Shown here piece after piece: positions 27,944-38,569 of a stretch of DNA of 39,451 nt. Where the stretch lies: the NCBI GenBank assembly GCA_943788985.1, contig CALSSJ010000046.1:1-39451 (forward strand), written 5' to 3'. Source of the stretch: an uncultured Lentisphaerales bacterium (lineage in GTDB: Bacteria > Verrucomicrobiota > Lentisphaeria > JABSQK01 > UBA12247). The position numbers and the translations under genes were made by a program. The stretch's first letter is position 1; each line of letters starts with the position of its first letter. The notes under the pieces are model-generated. The model did no database searches. It was not told the origin of the DNA and was given only the letters and a program-made list of their open reading frames with translations.

Positions 27944-30309
27944 GTTTCAATCCACGCCCCCCCGAGCGGGGGGCGACTTGGGCAGTCTAGTGATACACCC
28001 CCGACAATCCCAGACGTTTCAATCCACGCCCCCCGAGCGGGGGGCGACTATCTGAAGCTGAATCAGAACAGATGCTAGGTGTGTTTCAATCCACGCCCCC
28101 CGAGCGGGGGGCGACCTACTGGCGGGGCGACGTTGTCGCTCTCGCTGGCGTTTCAATCCACGCCCCCCGAGCGGGGGGGCGACCTAGCCGACGGCGACGG
28201 CGACCAAAACTTTATCGTCGTTTCAATCCACGCCCCCCGAGCGGGGGGCGACGTACGAAAGGGAATGAACTGAAACACTAGGACATAAAGTTTCAATCCA
28301 CGCCCCCCGAGCGGGGGGCGACCGCCTTCATTGGCCTCCTTTATGGCGGCCATATTATCCGGTTTCAATCCACGCCCCCCGAGCGGGGGGCGACAAGTTG
28401 AGCAAGCTGGCCGCGCAGTGCACTACATGGTTTCAATCCACGCCCCCCGAGCGGGGGGCGACACAGGCTCGTATCTTTACCTGGCCAACATCCACGGCGT
28501 TTCAATCCACGCCCCCCGAGCGGGGGGCGACGACCCCGTGCGATCACTTCGCCGCTAATCCGCTCGGTTTCAATCCACGCCCCCCGAGCGGGGGGGCGAC
28601 CCTCGCCTACCCAGAGCGGGTGTGCGGAAGTTATCAGTTTCAATCCACGCCCCCCGAGCGGGGGGCGACTATGGAGAACGGGAGCCGGGTAGGCTTCGTC
28701 GACATAGTTTCAATCCACGCCCCCCGAGCGGGGGGCGACCCTATAATACGTGCGAGAGACCGTGAGACTGTGAGTTTCAATCCACGCCCCCCGAGCGGGG
28801 GGCGACCTGACTGCAAGATTATTACTGCCATCCCACTGACCGGCCAGTTTCAATCCACGCCCCCCGAGCGGGGGGCGACCCGAAGCCGCGCACATTCCAC
28901 CACCACCGACTCAGTTTCAATCCACGCCCCCCGAGCGGGGGGCGACCCTCGTGACCAGAACGGTTGCCTTGATTCCGAGCGGATCAGCGGCGTTTCAATC
29001 CACGCCCCCCGAGCGGGGGGCGACTAGCCGTATTTCACTCACTCGCCCGAGTCGCTTACCGCCGCTTGTTTCAATCCACGCCCCCCCGAGCGGGGGGCGA
29101 CGTATCATCGCTGGCGCTCTGCTATTGGCGAGTTTCTCCAGCCGTTTCAATCCACGCCCCCCGAGCGGGGGGCGACGGGCGCGCCGAGGATACTTGCGCC
29201 GAGTCGCTGCCCGAGCTTGTTTCAATCCACGCCCCCCGAGCGGGGGGCGACTCTCCTTGATCTGTGCCTGCGTCTTACCAGACGGCGCGTCAGTTTCAAT
29301 CCACGCCCCCCGAGCGGGGGGCGACGGCGACAGTCTGTAATCGTACCAAACACATTGCGCCGCCGGGCACAAGTTTCAATCCACGCCCCCCGAGCGGGGG
29401 GCGACCCTAGCGCAGATCGACGCGGCTAGCCTGCTTGCTTCTGAGGCGCGAGTTTCAATCCACGCCCCCCGAGCGGGGGGCGACCCGCACGCCAGCCTGG
29501 GGCACCCCTCAACCCATCAGTTTCAATCCACGCCCCCCGAGCGGGGGGCGACCGCAATAGCGATTGCGCGGTGATTGCCCGCTACGATTGTTTCAATCCA
29601 CGCCCCCCGAGCGGGGGGCGACGCAAGATTTCCAACTCTGTGCGCAGTCACACGACGCCAACGGCAGTTTCAATCCACGCCCCCCGAGCGGGGGGCGACA
29701 TGCGGCATCAGCCGCGTGGCTTGGTCAGTCCGCACGACGTTTCAATCCACGCCCCCCGAGCGGGGGGCGACGAAGACACCTGGTACATCCTAGCGCAGCG
29801 AAGAGAGCCCGGTTTCGTTTCAATCCACGCCCCCCGAGCGGGGGGGCGACGTGCCTCCGATCGCAGCTCACCTGTAGATCCTGCAGGTTTCGTTTCAATC
29901 CACGCCCCCCGAGCGGGGGGCGACGGGCTGGCGATTAGCGACTTGCTGCCAGGCTTCGGCAGCAGTTTGTTTCAATCCACGCCCCCCCGAGCGGGGGGCG
30001 ACCCGCCAGGTGGTATCGTTTGGGCCAGGATGCTACTCCGCCTTGATTTTGTTTCAATCCACGCCCCCCGAGCGGGGGGCGACCATGATTGCACGGTAGA
30101 TCAGGACTGGAGTTCGCCGTAAGACCCGTTTCAATCCACGCCCCCCGAGCGGGGGGCGACGCCACGTGCAGTCATGGGCGTCGTTGCTCGGCTTAGCCGC
30201 GTTTCAATCCACGCCCCCCGAGCGGGGGGCGACCCTCGACCGGGATGCGCATCCTCCCAAACGCGCCGCTATAGCGGTTTCAATCCACGCCCCCCGAGCG
30301 GGGGGCGAC
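27944..30309 (-). CRISPR. Type I-C CRISPR array: 33 repeats, 32 spacers
   Basis: The 33-nt repeat reads GTCGCCCCCCGCTCGGGGGGCGTGGATTGAAAC on the - strand (8-bp stem, ATTGAAAC end). Six copies carry an extra C or G in a homopolymer. Spacers are 34-48 nt by manual count. A possible degenerate trailer repeat ends at 27909, with a further 34-nt spacer at 27910-27943. Confidence 0.99.
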
Positions 30310-30496
30310 TGCCAGCTCACAAGTCGCTGACAGCGAGCAACATAGCATGCGGATTCCGCGAACCTGCTGCAGTTTGAGAGATTTTACGCTTACCCTATGG
30401 CAGGAAACTACATAAGTTGTTGTATGTCAGAGAGCTACGCCAATTGCGAATCTTCTACGTGAGGCGATGGGCGCTTAGGGTTCGCGATCGCGCGAG
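30310..30496 (-). promoter_or_regulatory. CRISPR leader
   Basis: Non-coding stretch between the cas2 stop and the first repeat; contains GCGAACC (30358), GCGAATC (30446) and inverted GGTTCGC (30479). Confidence 0.85.
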
Positions 30497-30791
30497 CTAG
30501 AGAATCAAGGGACCCGTCGGATCATGTCCTGGCTTCGCTCCGATATGCTCAACTCGCCGCTTCCAATTGTCGCCGAGAAAGTAGAAGCGCAGGCTGTCGG
30601 TGTCGAGGTTAATCCGGTCGAGCAGCATCTTTTTAAAGCGGAGAAACCGATCGGGTTCGATGAGGCACTCGAAGACGGAATATTGGACTCGCTGTCCATG
30701 GCTTTCACATAGTTTCGCGACCCGGCGCAGTCTTGCTTGGCCACCAGAGTCCTTGGGTAGAAACGTCATAACTGACGATAACCATCATCAT
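30497..30791 (-). CDS. cas2: CRISPR-associated Cas2, with a one-base frameshift at 30755-30757
   Basis: MMMVIVSYDVST starts at the cas1 stop, then after one extra base continues KDSGGQARLRRVAKLCESHGQRVQYSVFEC...DSLRFYFLG. Confidence 0.93.
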
Positions 30792-31810
30792 CGCCAAATG
30801 AACCCTGGGTAGGCATCGAGTTCACCCCGAATCCGCTGCGCCAGTAATCGTGCCTGCTGGTGAATCACAATGCCCAACTCCATTCGTTCGTCCAAGTAGG
30901 GGTGGCGGATGACTTCTTGTTTGCGTTGTTGCCAGGCGATGAGAACGAGCTTTCGCGCGTCGCCGGAGAGTAGGACCGCGCCAGCCTCGTCGGTGGAGAA
31001 GTCGCGGGGGTTGAGCTGTTTTCGATTGAGGAGCGTGAAGGCAACGCGATCTGCGAGGACCGGCCGGAATTCTTCGCACAAGTCCAAAGCGGCGCTTGGC
31101 CGGCCAGGGCGCTCGCGGTGCAGATAGCCAACCGCCGGATCGAGTCCAACGCTTTCTAGGGCACCAACGCAATCGCCAAGCAATAAGGCGTAGAGAAACG
31201 AGAGCAGCGCATTCGCAGGATTCTTGGGCGGTCGGCGCGTTCGACGCTCAAAGCGGAATTCTGGTTCGGTGCGGGTCATGATGGCGTCAAAGGCTCCGAA
31301 GTAGGCGCGGGCGGCCTCTCCCTCCACTCCCCTCACCTGGGCGAGTTCATCGCAACGCCGCGCCCGCCGGAGGCAGGAGCGAAGCGTCTCAGCGGCGGCT
31401 GAGAGCTGCACGTTTTCGCCACGATCGCGCAAAGCGCGAAGTAGTTGGGTGCGGCTGTTTGCGATCTTCGCAGAGATCACATCCCGCGCGATGGCAAGCG
31501 TGATTTCGGCGCAATCTGTGCAGCGATACTGGGCTCGACGCAGGAGTACATTTCCCTGCGTGGGCCCGGCAACTCGGGCCTGAAAACGCCCATAGCGACT
31601 GAGGAAGCACAGCTGTATATTCCGACTGGCACAAAACGTCAAGAACGGCGTGGAGCAGGCGACGCGCCCGAAGCAGATCACAGATTGGATCGTGTGAATC
31701 GGGACGCGGAGCTTGACCTCGTTCTCAATCTTCACGACGACCGTTTCACCTTGTTTATTGAGCCGGGCGTCTTCGTTGGTGATGTAGAGCGTGTTAAGGA
31801 TTCGTTTCAT
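30788..31810 (-). CDS. cas1: Type I-C Cas1
   Basis: MKRILNTLYI, GNVLLRRAQY, RGVEGEAARAYF, RRPPKNPANALLSFLY, GLDPAVGYLH, ALDLCEEFR. Confidence 0.97.
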   Translation of the reverse strand: MKRILNTLYITNEDARLNKQGETVVVKIENEVKLRVPIHTIQSVICFGRVACSTPFLTFCASRNIQLCFLSRYGRFQARVAGPTQGNVLLRRAQYRCTDCAEITLAIARDVISAKIANSRTQLLRALRDRGENVQLSAAAETLRSCLRRARRCDELAQVRGVEGEAARAYFGAFDAIMTRTEPEFRFERRTRRPPKNPANALLSFLYALLLGDCVGALESVGLDPAVGYLHRERPGRPSAALDLCEEFRPVLADRVAFTLLNRKQLNPRDFSTDEAGAVLLSGDARKLVLIAWQQRKQEVIRHPYLDERMELGIVIHQQARLLAQRIRGELDAYPGFIWR

Positions 31811-32468
31811 GGTCAGCGAGATGGCTCTGGAGTTGCTGGGTGAGCCAGGCGGGAGCGGCCTGTTTGCGCGCTACGGGTAAGCAGATGGACAGCAGGGAAC
31901 AGTTCTTGCATTTTGGTTCTCGTTTGGCTGTCGGCATCTGCCCGCTGCTGAGCATGGCATGAATTGCCTCTGCCGTTTCCCGAACCAGAGCGCGCAATTC
32001 TGCTCCGAGCTCGACTTGGTGACGTCGTCTGGTTTGTCCGTAGAACAGCGCGGCCGCCGGTATACTGCAGCCAAACATTTCCTCCAAGCACATCGCCTGC
32101 GCACAGAGCTGCAAGTCGTCGCAATGGTCGCGCTTGGGGCGGCCGCGTTTGTACTCGATGGGAACCGATCGCCAGCGGCCTGGCCAATCGCGTACAGTGA
32201 CACCGCAGTCGTCCCGTATGAACTCTACGACATCGGCTCGGCCGGCTAACCCCAGAGCCCGCGATGCCAGTGGCACGGCGCGGACGATGCGCGAATCGCC
32301 CCGGCTCTCGAGGCCGGGACGATCTGCGCATTCATGCAACTGTTGCCCCTGGGTTGTCAGCACGTTCTCTGCCCATTCCTGGTTGAGATGAATCAAGGCA
32401 CACTGCCGCGGACAGAATCCATAATGCTGCAGAGCAGACAGCATAACGAAGTCTGATTCGTCGTACAC
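31794..32468 (-). CDS. cas4: Cas4 nuclease
   Basis: LSALQHYGFCPRQCAL, GRADVVEF, PIEYKRG, QLCAQAMCLEEM, KCKNCSLLSICLP; four Fe-S cysteines present. Confidence 0.96.
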   Translation of the reverse strand: MYDESDFVMLSALQHYGFCPRQCALIHLNQEWAENVLTTQGQQLHECADRPGLESRGDSRIVRAVPLASRALGLAGRADVVEFIRDDCGVTVRDWPGRWRSVPIEYKRGRPKRDHCDDLQLCAQAMCLEEMFGCSIPAAALFYGQTRRRHQVELGAELRALVRETAEAIHAMLSSGQMPTAKREPKCKNCSLLSICLPVARKQAAPAWLTQQLQSHLADHETNP

Positions 32469-32502
32469 GAGCCGTCCTTTGCGGTGCCGTTCGCCGCTGC
32501 CG

Positions 32503-33357
32503 TTACAGGCGTTGGTCGAGCGTCACACCCACCGGAATACCCGCGGTATCGACTGTGATTGCGTAGTCCGCAAAAGCCCGCGGCACTTCCACCCCGGGCG
32601 TAGTTGCCACGCTGACTCGCTCAAATAGTGCGTGGGCCGGCGCATTGCCCAGTTTCGACTCATGTTTGAACACAAGGAGCCGACGTGCGGACATCTCACC
32701 GCGGGATGCAGAGCGGTCCAATTCGAATGCCTGCTCGAGCCCTTTCCAGAACAGTGCAAGGTCGTCCTCCGAAAATCCCGTCTGATCAGCCAGGTGTGGA
32801 TTGATGAAGCCATGGCAGCGGTACAGCGCGTAGGGGACGGTGAACTTGCGTCCCATGGTACGGTTACCACCGTCCTGCTTTTCGGCCTCCTTTTCAGTCG
32901 TCACCGCACAGCGGGTAACCGCGTGTTCGGAGGCAATGATGGGATCTATGCTCCGCGAAAACGCCAACTGAACCGGCCCCCGCACTTGACCGCAGTTGAT
33001 TTGGGTGGTCATGACCGCGCCGAAGGTGCGGATGTCGTAGAAGTTCGCGCACATCCAGTCGCGTGCCCGGTTGACCGTGGCCTGTTTGGCTTTCTTTGGG
33101 TCCAGGCCCAGGTCTGTGTACGCTCGCTGATGTTGGTTGTTGAGCACCGCCTTTTCCTTGACGTAGATGTCGTGTGGCGACTGTTCGCCCTTGACCAGTC
33201 CGACGAAGTTGCGAATCTTGCGTTTGAGGCAAACATCGGTGACGAGCCCATGCCCTGTTTCGGGATCCACGCGCGGGAGATTGCCGGCATCTGGATCCCC
33301 ATTTGGGTTGCCATCGCGGACATCGAAGAAGAAGACAAAGTCGTAACGGTTGTTCAT
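32503..33357 (-). CDS. cas7c: Type I-C Cas7 (Csd2)
   Basis: [55 protein letters not shown]. Confidence 0.97.
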   Translation of the reverse strand: MNNRYDFVFFFDVRDGNPNGDPDAGNLPRVDPETGHGLVTDVCLKRKIRNFVGLVKGEQSPHDIYVKEKAVLNNQHQRAYTDLGLDPKKAKQATVNRARDWMCANFYDIRTFGAVMTTQINCGQVRGPVQLAFSRSIDPIIASEHAVTRCAVTTEKEAEKQDGGNRTMGRKFTVPYALYRCHGFINPHLADQTGFSEDDLALFWKGLEQAFELDRSASRGEMSARRLLVFKHESKLGNAPAHALFERVSVATTPGVEVPRAFADYAITVDTAGIPVGVTLDQRL

Positions 33358-33725
33358 GGTTGTGGCTCCTGATCAGTGGTTTTCTTGGTGAAGAGATTCT
33401 GGCGTTGATGGTAGTAGCCCAGCGCAAACAAGCCTTGATCGCTCAAGCCTAAGTGGCGGGGAAACTCAGCGAGGGCACCGGCGATGGCCTGAATGCGTTT
33501 CTCGGCAACGACCTTGCGGCCACCTTCGAGCTTGCTGATGTGGTGTTGGCTCATGCGAATGAGACGCGGAAAGACCACCGCTGGCGTTGCCGAAGCCGCA
33601 CTGAAGTAGCGATCCTTGATCGTCGCGTTGAGACCCGGCAGGGCATCCTCTTGGGCCTTCTCCAACGCCGCAAAAAGTCGGCCTAGATGATACGCAGGTT
33701 CGGGGCGGGATTCGTCAAGTGACAC
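33354..33725 (-). CDS. cas11: Probable internally translated Cas11 small subunit within cas8c
   Basis: AAGGAGG (33731-33737, - strand) lies 5 nt before an in-frame GTG at 33725, giving a 123-aa product starting [19 protein letters not shown]. Confidence 0.75.
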   Translation of the reverse strand: MSLDESRPEPAYHLGRLFAALEKAQEDALPGLNATIKDRYFSAASATPAVVFPRLIRMSQHHISKLEGGRKVVAEKRIQAIAGALAEFPRHLGLSDQGLFALGYYHQRQNLFTKKTTDQEPQP

Positions 33726-35076
33726 GTCGACCTCCTTGTTGTAGTTTCGAATAAGAATGGCTTTGAGAATGGCAGCACGCGCATACGGGATGGTGCGGTC
33801 AGCACGAATGCGACGAATGACGGCGGCAAACAATGCCTGAGGATAGGCCGTCTGGGTCAAGACGCTACGCAGCAGCGCTCCGCCCAGTAGCGGCGGAATT
33901 TCCTTCGTGTCGCGCGCGGTCTCCTTTAGCAGCCGCCACAGAGGCAGATGCTCTAGGGTCTTTCGGCCCACTGACGATGGCCAACTCCCGCTGGTGCTGA
34001 ATCACTGCGCCGAGTTGCTGCGCCACGGTGCCGGTCTGCCAAAAGCGAATCGAGATCCGCCCTGCATTCGGCGCCAGGCAGAGAATATTAAACCCGACAT
34101 CGGCATCTGGAATTCGCTCCAAACCATCGACCAACTGCTTCATTGTTTCGGCGAGTTCCCGCGTGGTGTCCTCATCCTCTGACTTTTTCGGTCCTTCGAG
34201 GCAGTAGTCGAACAGCGTTTCCGCCGTGGACGGAGCATCTGCCCAAAACACACAGGTGTCTCCGGCAACCTGTACCCGATGCCGACCGCCGCGTTCCAAC
34301 AGCCGGTTTAACGCCGTCCCGTACTTGAAAGCAGACTCCACGCCAACCGGGCCGTTGTAGCTTTGCTTGTAACCGTAGCTCTCTACGGCATCGAAGTTGA
34401 AGCTGACAACCAAAGCACCGGCGCCTTGAGCGCCATTTACTCCCTGGATTTTTGGCGTATGCGTCGCGGCAATTACTGCGTCTTCGCCAGTTAACAGGCA
34501 GGTGCCGACGGCCCCGTCGTGACTGCCGCTTATTCTCGCCTGAAGAGCCGGAAGATCATGTAAGAACGCCTGGGTGCCTCGGCCCACGCGCACCACACCA
34601 AAACACCCACTCACATCCTCCAAAACCGATAGGTCGGCTGCCGCCAGATCCCAGGTGCTGAGGAAAACACAAAATGCCGAGAAGGCGGGTGTATCAATCT
34701 CCGGCTCTAAGGCAAACATAGCCTCAATGTACGCCTGATGGGCTCCTGCACAGCGGGCTGTCTTCTTCTCTCTATCAGCCTCCGCGATCGTTTCGAGATT
34801 GACATAGCCGAGCATGTAGTCGGTCCGATCCCAGCCGAAAAGACTGGGATTCAGGCCACTGCCTGAAGGCTTCGCGGCCCCTGGTACAACCATGGGATGC
34901 GATCTGAGATTCTTGCCATCGCTCTCCCGCAGGTCATGGATGCCGATCAGCGAGCCATCCTCACGGATGACCACTTCAAAGGCGATCTTCTGCACCGAAA
35001 AGCCCATGGGGGCGATGCCGGAGTTCGGGTCGGAGGCAAGGCGGTCGTAGTAGTTACAAAGCTCATGTAGGATCAT
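33354..35076 (-). CDS. cas8c: Type I-C Cas8c (Csd1), one frameshift near 33956-33958
   Basis: [43 protein letters not shown] in ORF 33865-35076; [33 protein letters not shown] in ORF 33354-33971. Confidence 0.95.
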
Positions 35077-35777
35077 CGCCGCACCTCGCAGTCGTCGCCG
35101 CCAGGCACCTCAATGACCCCGCCGGACATCACGGGGCGAAAGAAATGAGGGGTGGGCTGAACCTTGGCGCCGTCATTCGAGCGCACCACCTTTCCTTTCT
35201 TGTCGAGGACAAAGTCGATGTCATTGAGCATCCAGCCTAGGTCTCGCTCTCCGGCCAGTTGGGGCGCTGGCTCCGGCAGCGGATCTTCAGCCCACGAGAA
35301 ACTGGCAGGGAACTCCCTACACCCCAGATACGGGTGATGAAAGTACTGGCCACGTTGAGCGCGACGCCGGAAGATTTCCAGATGCTTTTGCGCCGGATCA
35401 GTCCCGGAAACTACATCGAAAAATGCCTGAATCACGTAGTCTACATCCCGCAAGACCGTGGCCGCCCGTTGCTGCCGGTCGTCCTCGACAGCAATCCCCA
35501 TCGGGCTATGTAATCCCCCAGCCATGATAGCCGCTGTAGGCTTTACTGCCTTGGAGGCAACCTCATTTCTGCGGATGTTGGAAAACCGGATGGGTGCCAG
35601 GACATGGATTTTCTGGATCCGCCAGCGAATCTCTGGCTTCCAGTAAATGGCTTCCAAGATGCCACGAGCAGCGGACGGCGTGATCACGTCATAGCTTACC
35701 CGCTCCGCCTTCATTTCCGGTCGCGTGAAGCAGGCCCAGTCCCCCCAAACGCGCAATCGTATCCCAAAATTCCCCAT
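35073..35777 (-). CDS. cas5c: Type I-C Cas5 (Cas5d)
   Basis: VWGDWACFTRPEMKAERVSYDVITPSAARGILEAIYWKP, IRRNEV, PYLGCREF, DLGWML. Confidence 0.97.
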   Translation of the reverse strand: MGNFGIRLRVWGDWACFTRPEMKAERVSYDVITPSAARGILEAIYWKPEIRWRIQKIHVLAPIRFSNIRRNEVASKAVKPTAAIMAGGLHSPMGIAVEDDRQQRAATVLRDVDYVIQAFFDVVSGTDPAQKHLEIFRRRAQRGQYFHHPYLGCREFPASFSWAEDPLPEPAPQLAGERDLGWMLNDIDFVLDKKGKVVRSNDGAKVQPTPHFFRPVMSGGVIEVPGGDDCEVRR

Positions 35778-35798
35778 AGCTTTGTCTCCTCTGTTCTA

Positions 35799-38011
35799 TC
35801 AGATGATGGTTTCTTTGGTCGGCAGCAGGCACCCTGCGCCCAGATCTTCGGTATCAATGCCGGTATAGGGACCGTAACAGTCCTCTCTTAGCAACACCCA
35901 CACGCCATGGCATTCGACAATTGCACCCGCCGCATCCAGAGCTCGTTGTTCATGGTCGTGCACCGAGACCACGTACCGCTGCAGGCGACGCCAAGTCTTG
36001 GCGTCTGGTGGGTAGTCGCTATGTAGGCTGTCTGCCAGCTTTTTCCCCTCGGCAGTCCAAGGCACGACCACACTCACGCCCGCTTCGCGTACGATGCGGT
36101 ACCGGTCGTTCATCGTACGAAACTGATACTTGAGCTTTGCGGGGTTCGCAGACAGGCATTCGAGAACGCGCTGACCGTCCCACTGGCCTTGTCTACGCCA
36201 GTAGTAATGGTCGAAATACGCGGCAATCGTCCGGGGGCTGAGTACATCCGTTTCGGGCGTAATCAGTTCCTTTGCCGTTTCCATTGAATTACGCAAGTGC
36301 CCGCACGGCGGCAGATGCTCTGAATCAAACCAAACGACCCGTCCGATATCCAGTCGCCCTTCCCGATTACAGCGCCCAGCGGCTTGAACCAGCGAATCTA
36401 AGCCACAGGACGCCCGAAATACGACCGGAAAGTCGATATCCACACCCGCCTCAATCAATTGCGTTGACACCACTCGGCAGGCAAGGCCTGCCGTGAGGCG
36501 AGCCCGGATTTCAGCCAGCGAACTCGTTCGGTGTTGCGCACACATGCGGGTACTCAGGTGAAAGACTGCCTCCCCCCCGCCCAAGCTTTCATATAACTCG
36601 CGGGCATGGCGGCGCGTATTGACGATACAGAGCACTTGGTACTCGCTGGCCAGCGCGACCGTCAGTTCCGGGTCGCGCAAGACGCCGGCTTGCTCCACCC
36701 TCGTGCGCCGCAAGGCCGCATGTAGTGCCTCGGGATTCTCGACAATGTGCCGCGGCCTCCGCAGTCCAATGGGAAAATTACGACGCTGCTCAATTGCAGG
36801 CTGGGTCGCACTGCAAAGCACGATACTACAGCCATACTCATCGACCAATTCCTGCAAAGCCAGCAGCGTTGGCTGCAGTAGTTCCACTGGTAACGCCTGT
36901 GCCTCGTCCAGCACAATCACACTATTTGCGATGCGGTGCAGCTTGCGACAGCGACTTCCCGATTTGTAAAGAGCGACTCTAGAAGCTGGACGTTCGTGGT
37001 CACAACGATGGGGGCATCCCAATTCTCCGCCAGAAGTCGCGTACGAGTGGTCGCATGCTCAGCTGCAAGGTTGCTGTGGTGCTCGAGGACAGTGCCAGCC
37101 GGCACGTCACCAAATGCGCCCCGATAAACATCTGCATTCTGCTCGACGATACTGGTGAAGGGCATAGCAATAATCACCCGCACCTTTTCATGGGTAACTG
37201 CGTGATTCAGAGCAAACTGCATGGAAGACAGCGTCTTACCCCCACCTGTCGGCACACACAGCGTAAAAACGCCTGGAGATTGTGGCGCGGCCTGGCGACA
37301 TAAATTCAGCACGTGCTGCCGGAGGTCATGTACCGAGCCACGGCCACCAATGCTCAAATCCTTTAAATGCCCCCGCAGGCTTCCCGCCAACTGCCCAAGC
37401 GTGGGTGGGGATAGCGCTCGGCGTTTCGCCCGGTCGGGAGACATGAATGCCTCGGTGCACAGAAAGTCAGCGTCCACCAAGCATGAGAAGATCATCCTTG
37501 CAAACAATGACACCTTGAACGAACAGGTTTCAGTTGTTGGTGCCACGCGGAAATTGGGCTGCGGCAATCGCTCGTTTTTCAACCAACTGGCGGCAGCATC
37601 CTGCCAAGACTCAACTCGGCGTTCAAGACGCTCCCGCAGCACGCCGCCGTTCCCGCCATCCCAGTCCGCCAAGCCAGCATGGTGCCCAGCAATCACATAG
37701 CTCATGAGCCTCCCCCAGTCGCCGAATGATTCGGCCGCCAACTGAGCGCCCGCGGTGGAATGATCCACTCGCATGCCGTTTCCAGTGAGGTCACCGACGT
37801 GGGGATCTCCCGCACGAGATAGGTAGTCCTGAAAGGCATCCGAGAATTTTCCAATGTCGTGATATCGCCCAGCAATTCGCCCCCATTCCTTGGCGCCAAA
37901 ACCGGCTGCGAACTCCCCAGCCAAGGTCTCAACCTCCGCTAGGTGCTGTTCAAGGCGCTCCCAACCATCCTGCGGGCCCTTCTTTGTGTGCGCCCAATAC
38001 ACTCCTGGCAT
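35799..38011 (-). CDS. cas3: Cas3 HD nuclease-helicase, one frameshift near 36958-36960
   Basis: WAHT, LEQHL, YHDIGK, DHSTAGA, IAGHHAGL, LVDADF, PTGGGKT in ORF 36917-38011; LDEAQ, STQLIEAGVDIDF, QAAGRCNREG in ORF 35799-37022. Adding one G restores NRGSRCRKLH. Confidence 0.96.
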
Positions 38012-38427
38012 TTTTGCTCCTATCGCCCTCAGCTAGCTACCGGCCTCGTGCGGCCAACGTTCAGCTCAACATAGCCGCATTTGATCACACATCTAGCGGC
38101 ACCTTGAAAATAGAAAAAACTAGAGAAATGAGTACTTTTTCTTAAGCATATCATGGCTCTAATTCACCGCGTTCAACAGTGCTGACTTGAGTTTTCACCG
38201 CCGTACTGCCGCTCCGCGAAGAACGTCTCTGACGTCTCCTTCTGGTCCGAACCTCAATAGTGTCGCAACCCGACAACTGCAACAATCTGGCCCCGGCCAT
38301 TCACCGTCAGGCTCAGACATAGATTGTGATCCGGCGGCAATTACTGCGGTCCGAGGGGCTCGCCTCGGCCGCCCGACACATCTGGACGGACTCTTGAGCC
38401 AAGCCAGCGTAAGCGTCCGATCTGCAA

Positions 38428-38496
38428 GCTGGGAACGGGGGACTCGCCCGCGGCTATGGGCCGTTTTGGGCCGGGCGGGCCGCCCGCGGTCCCAGC
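38428..38496. repeat. GC-rich imperfect inverted repeat (REP-like), possibly a terminator for the PhyH gene
   Basis: GCTGGGA...CGCCCG pairs with CGGGCG...TCCCAGC; the right arm has an internal hairpin GGCGGGCCGCC. Confidence 0.5.
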
Positions 38497-38569
38497 AAAG
38501 CCGTTTGCACCATTGCCATAATTCGGCTCCTATCAAGCGGTTAATGGGATACAGAGTATGCGGCCAGAG

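Noticed and set aside
28947..30276. Retained PAM as the explanation for the long spacers
   Set aside because: No consistent TTC or GAA appears at a fixed position near either end of the long spacers. This cannot be fully excluded without protospacer matches.
27978..30276. Duplicate or self-targeting spacers
   Set aside because: None seen by eye. Two spacers share only CCGAGTCGCT, which is plausible by chance. A proper alignment was not possible.
28072..30377. Repetitive ORFs with VSIHAPRAGGD or FQSTPPERGAT units
   Set aside because: These are translations of the CRISPR repeats.
30755..36960. Inactivation of the CRISPR-Cas system by frameshifts in cas2, cas8c and cas3
   Set aside because: Each is a single-base indel in a short G/C run, the same pattern seen in unrelated genes and in the repeats, and the catalytic motifs are intact. 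Sequencing error is more likely.
38012..38569. Mini-array or CreTA-like RNA, or an integron attC site, upstream of cas3
   Set aside because: No recognisable copy of the CRISPR repeat is present. A GTTGGCC core near 38052-38058 on the - strand has no convincing complementary partner, and there is no integrase in the window.
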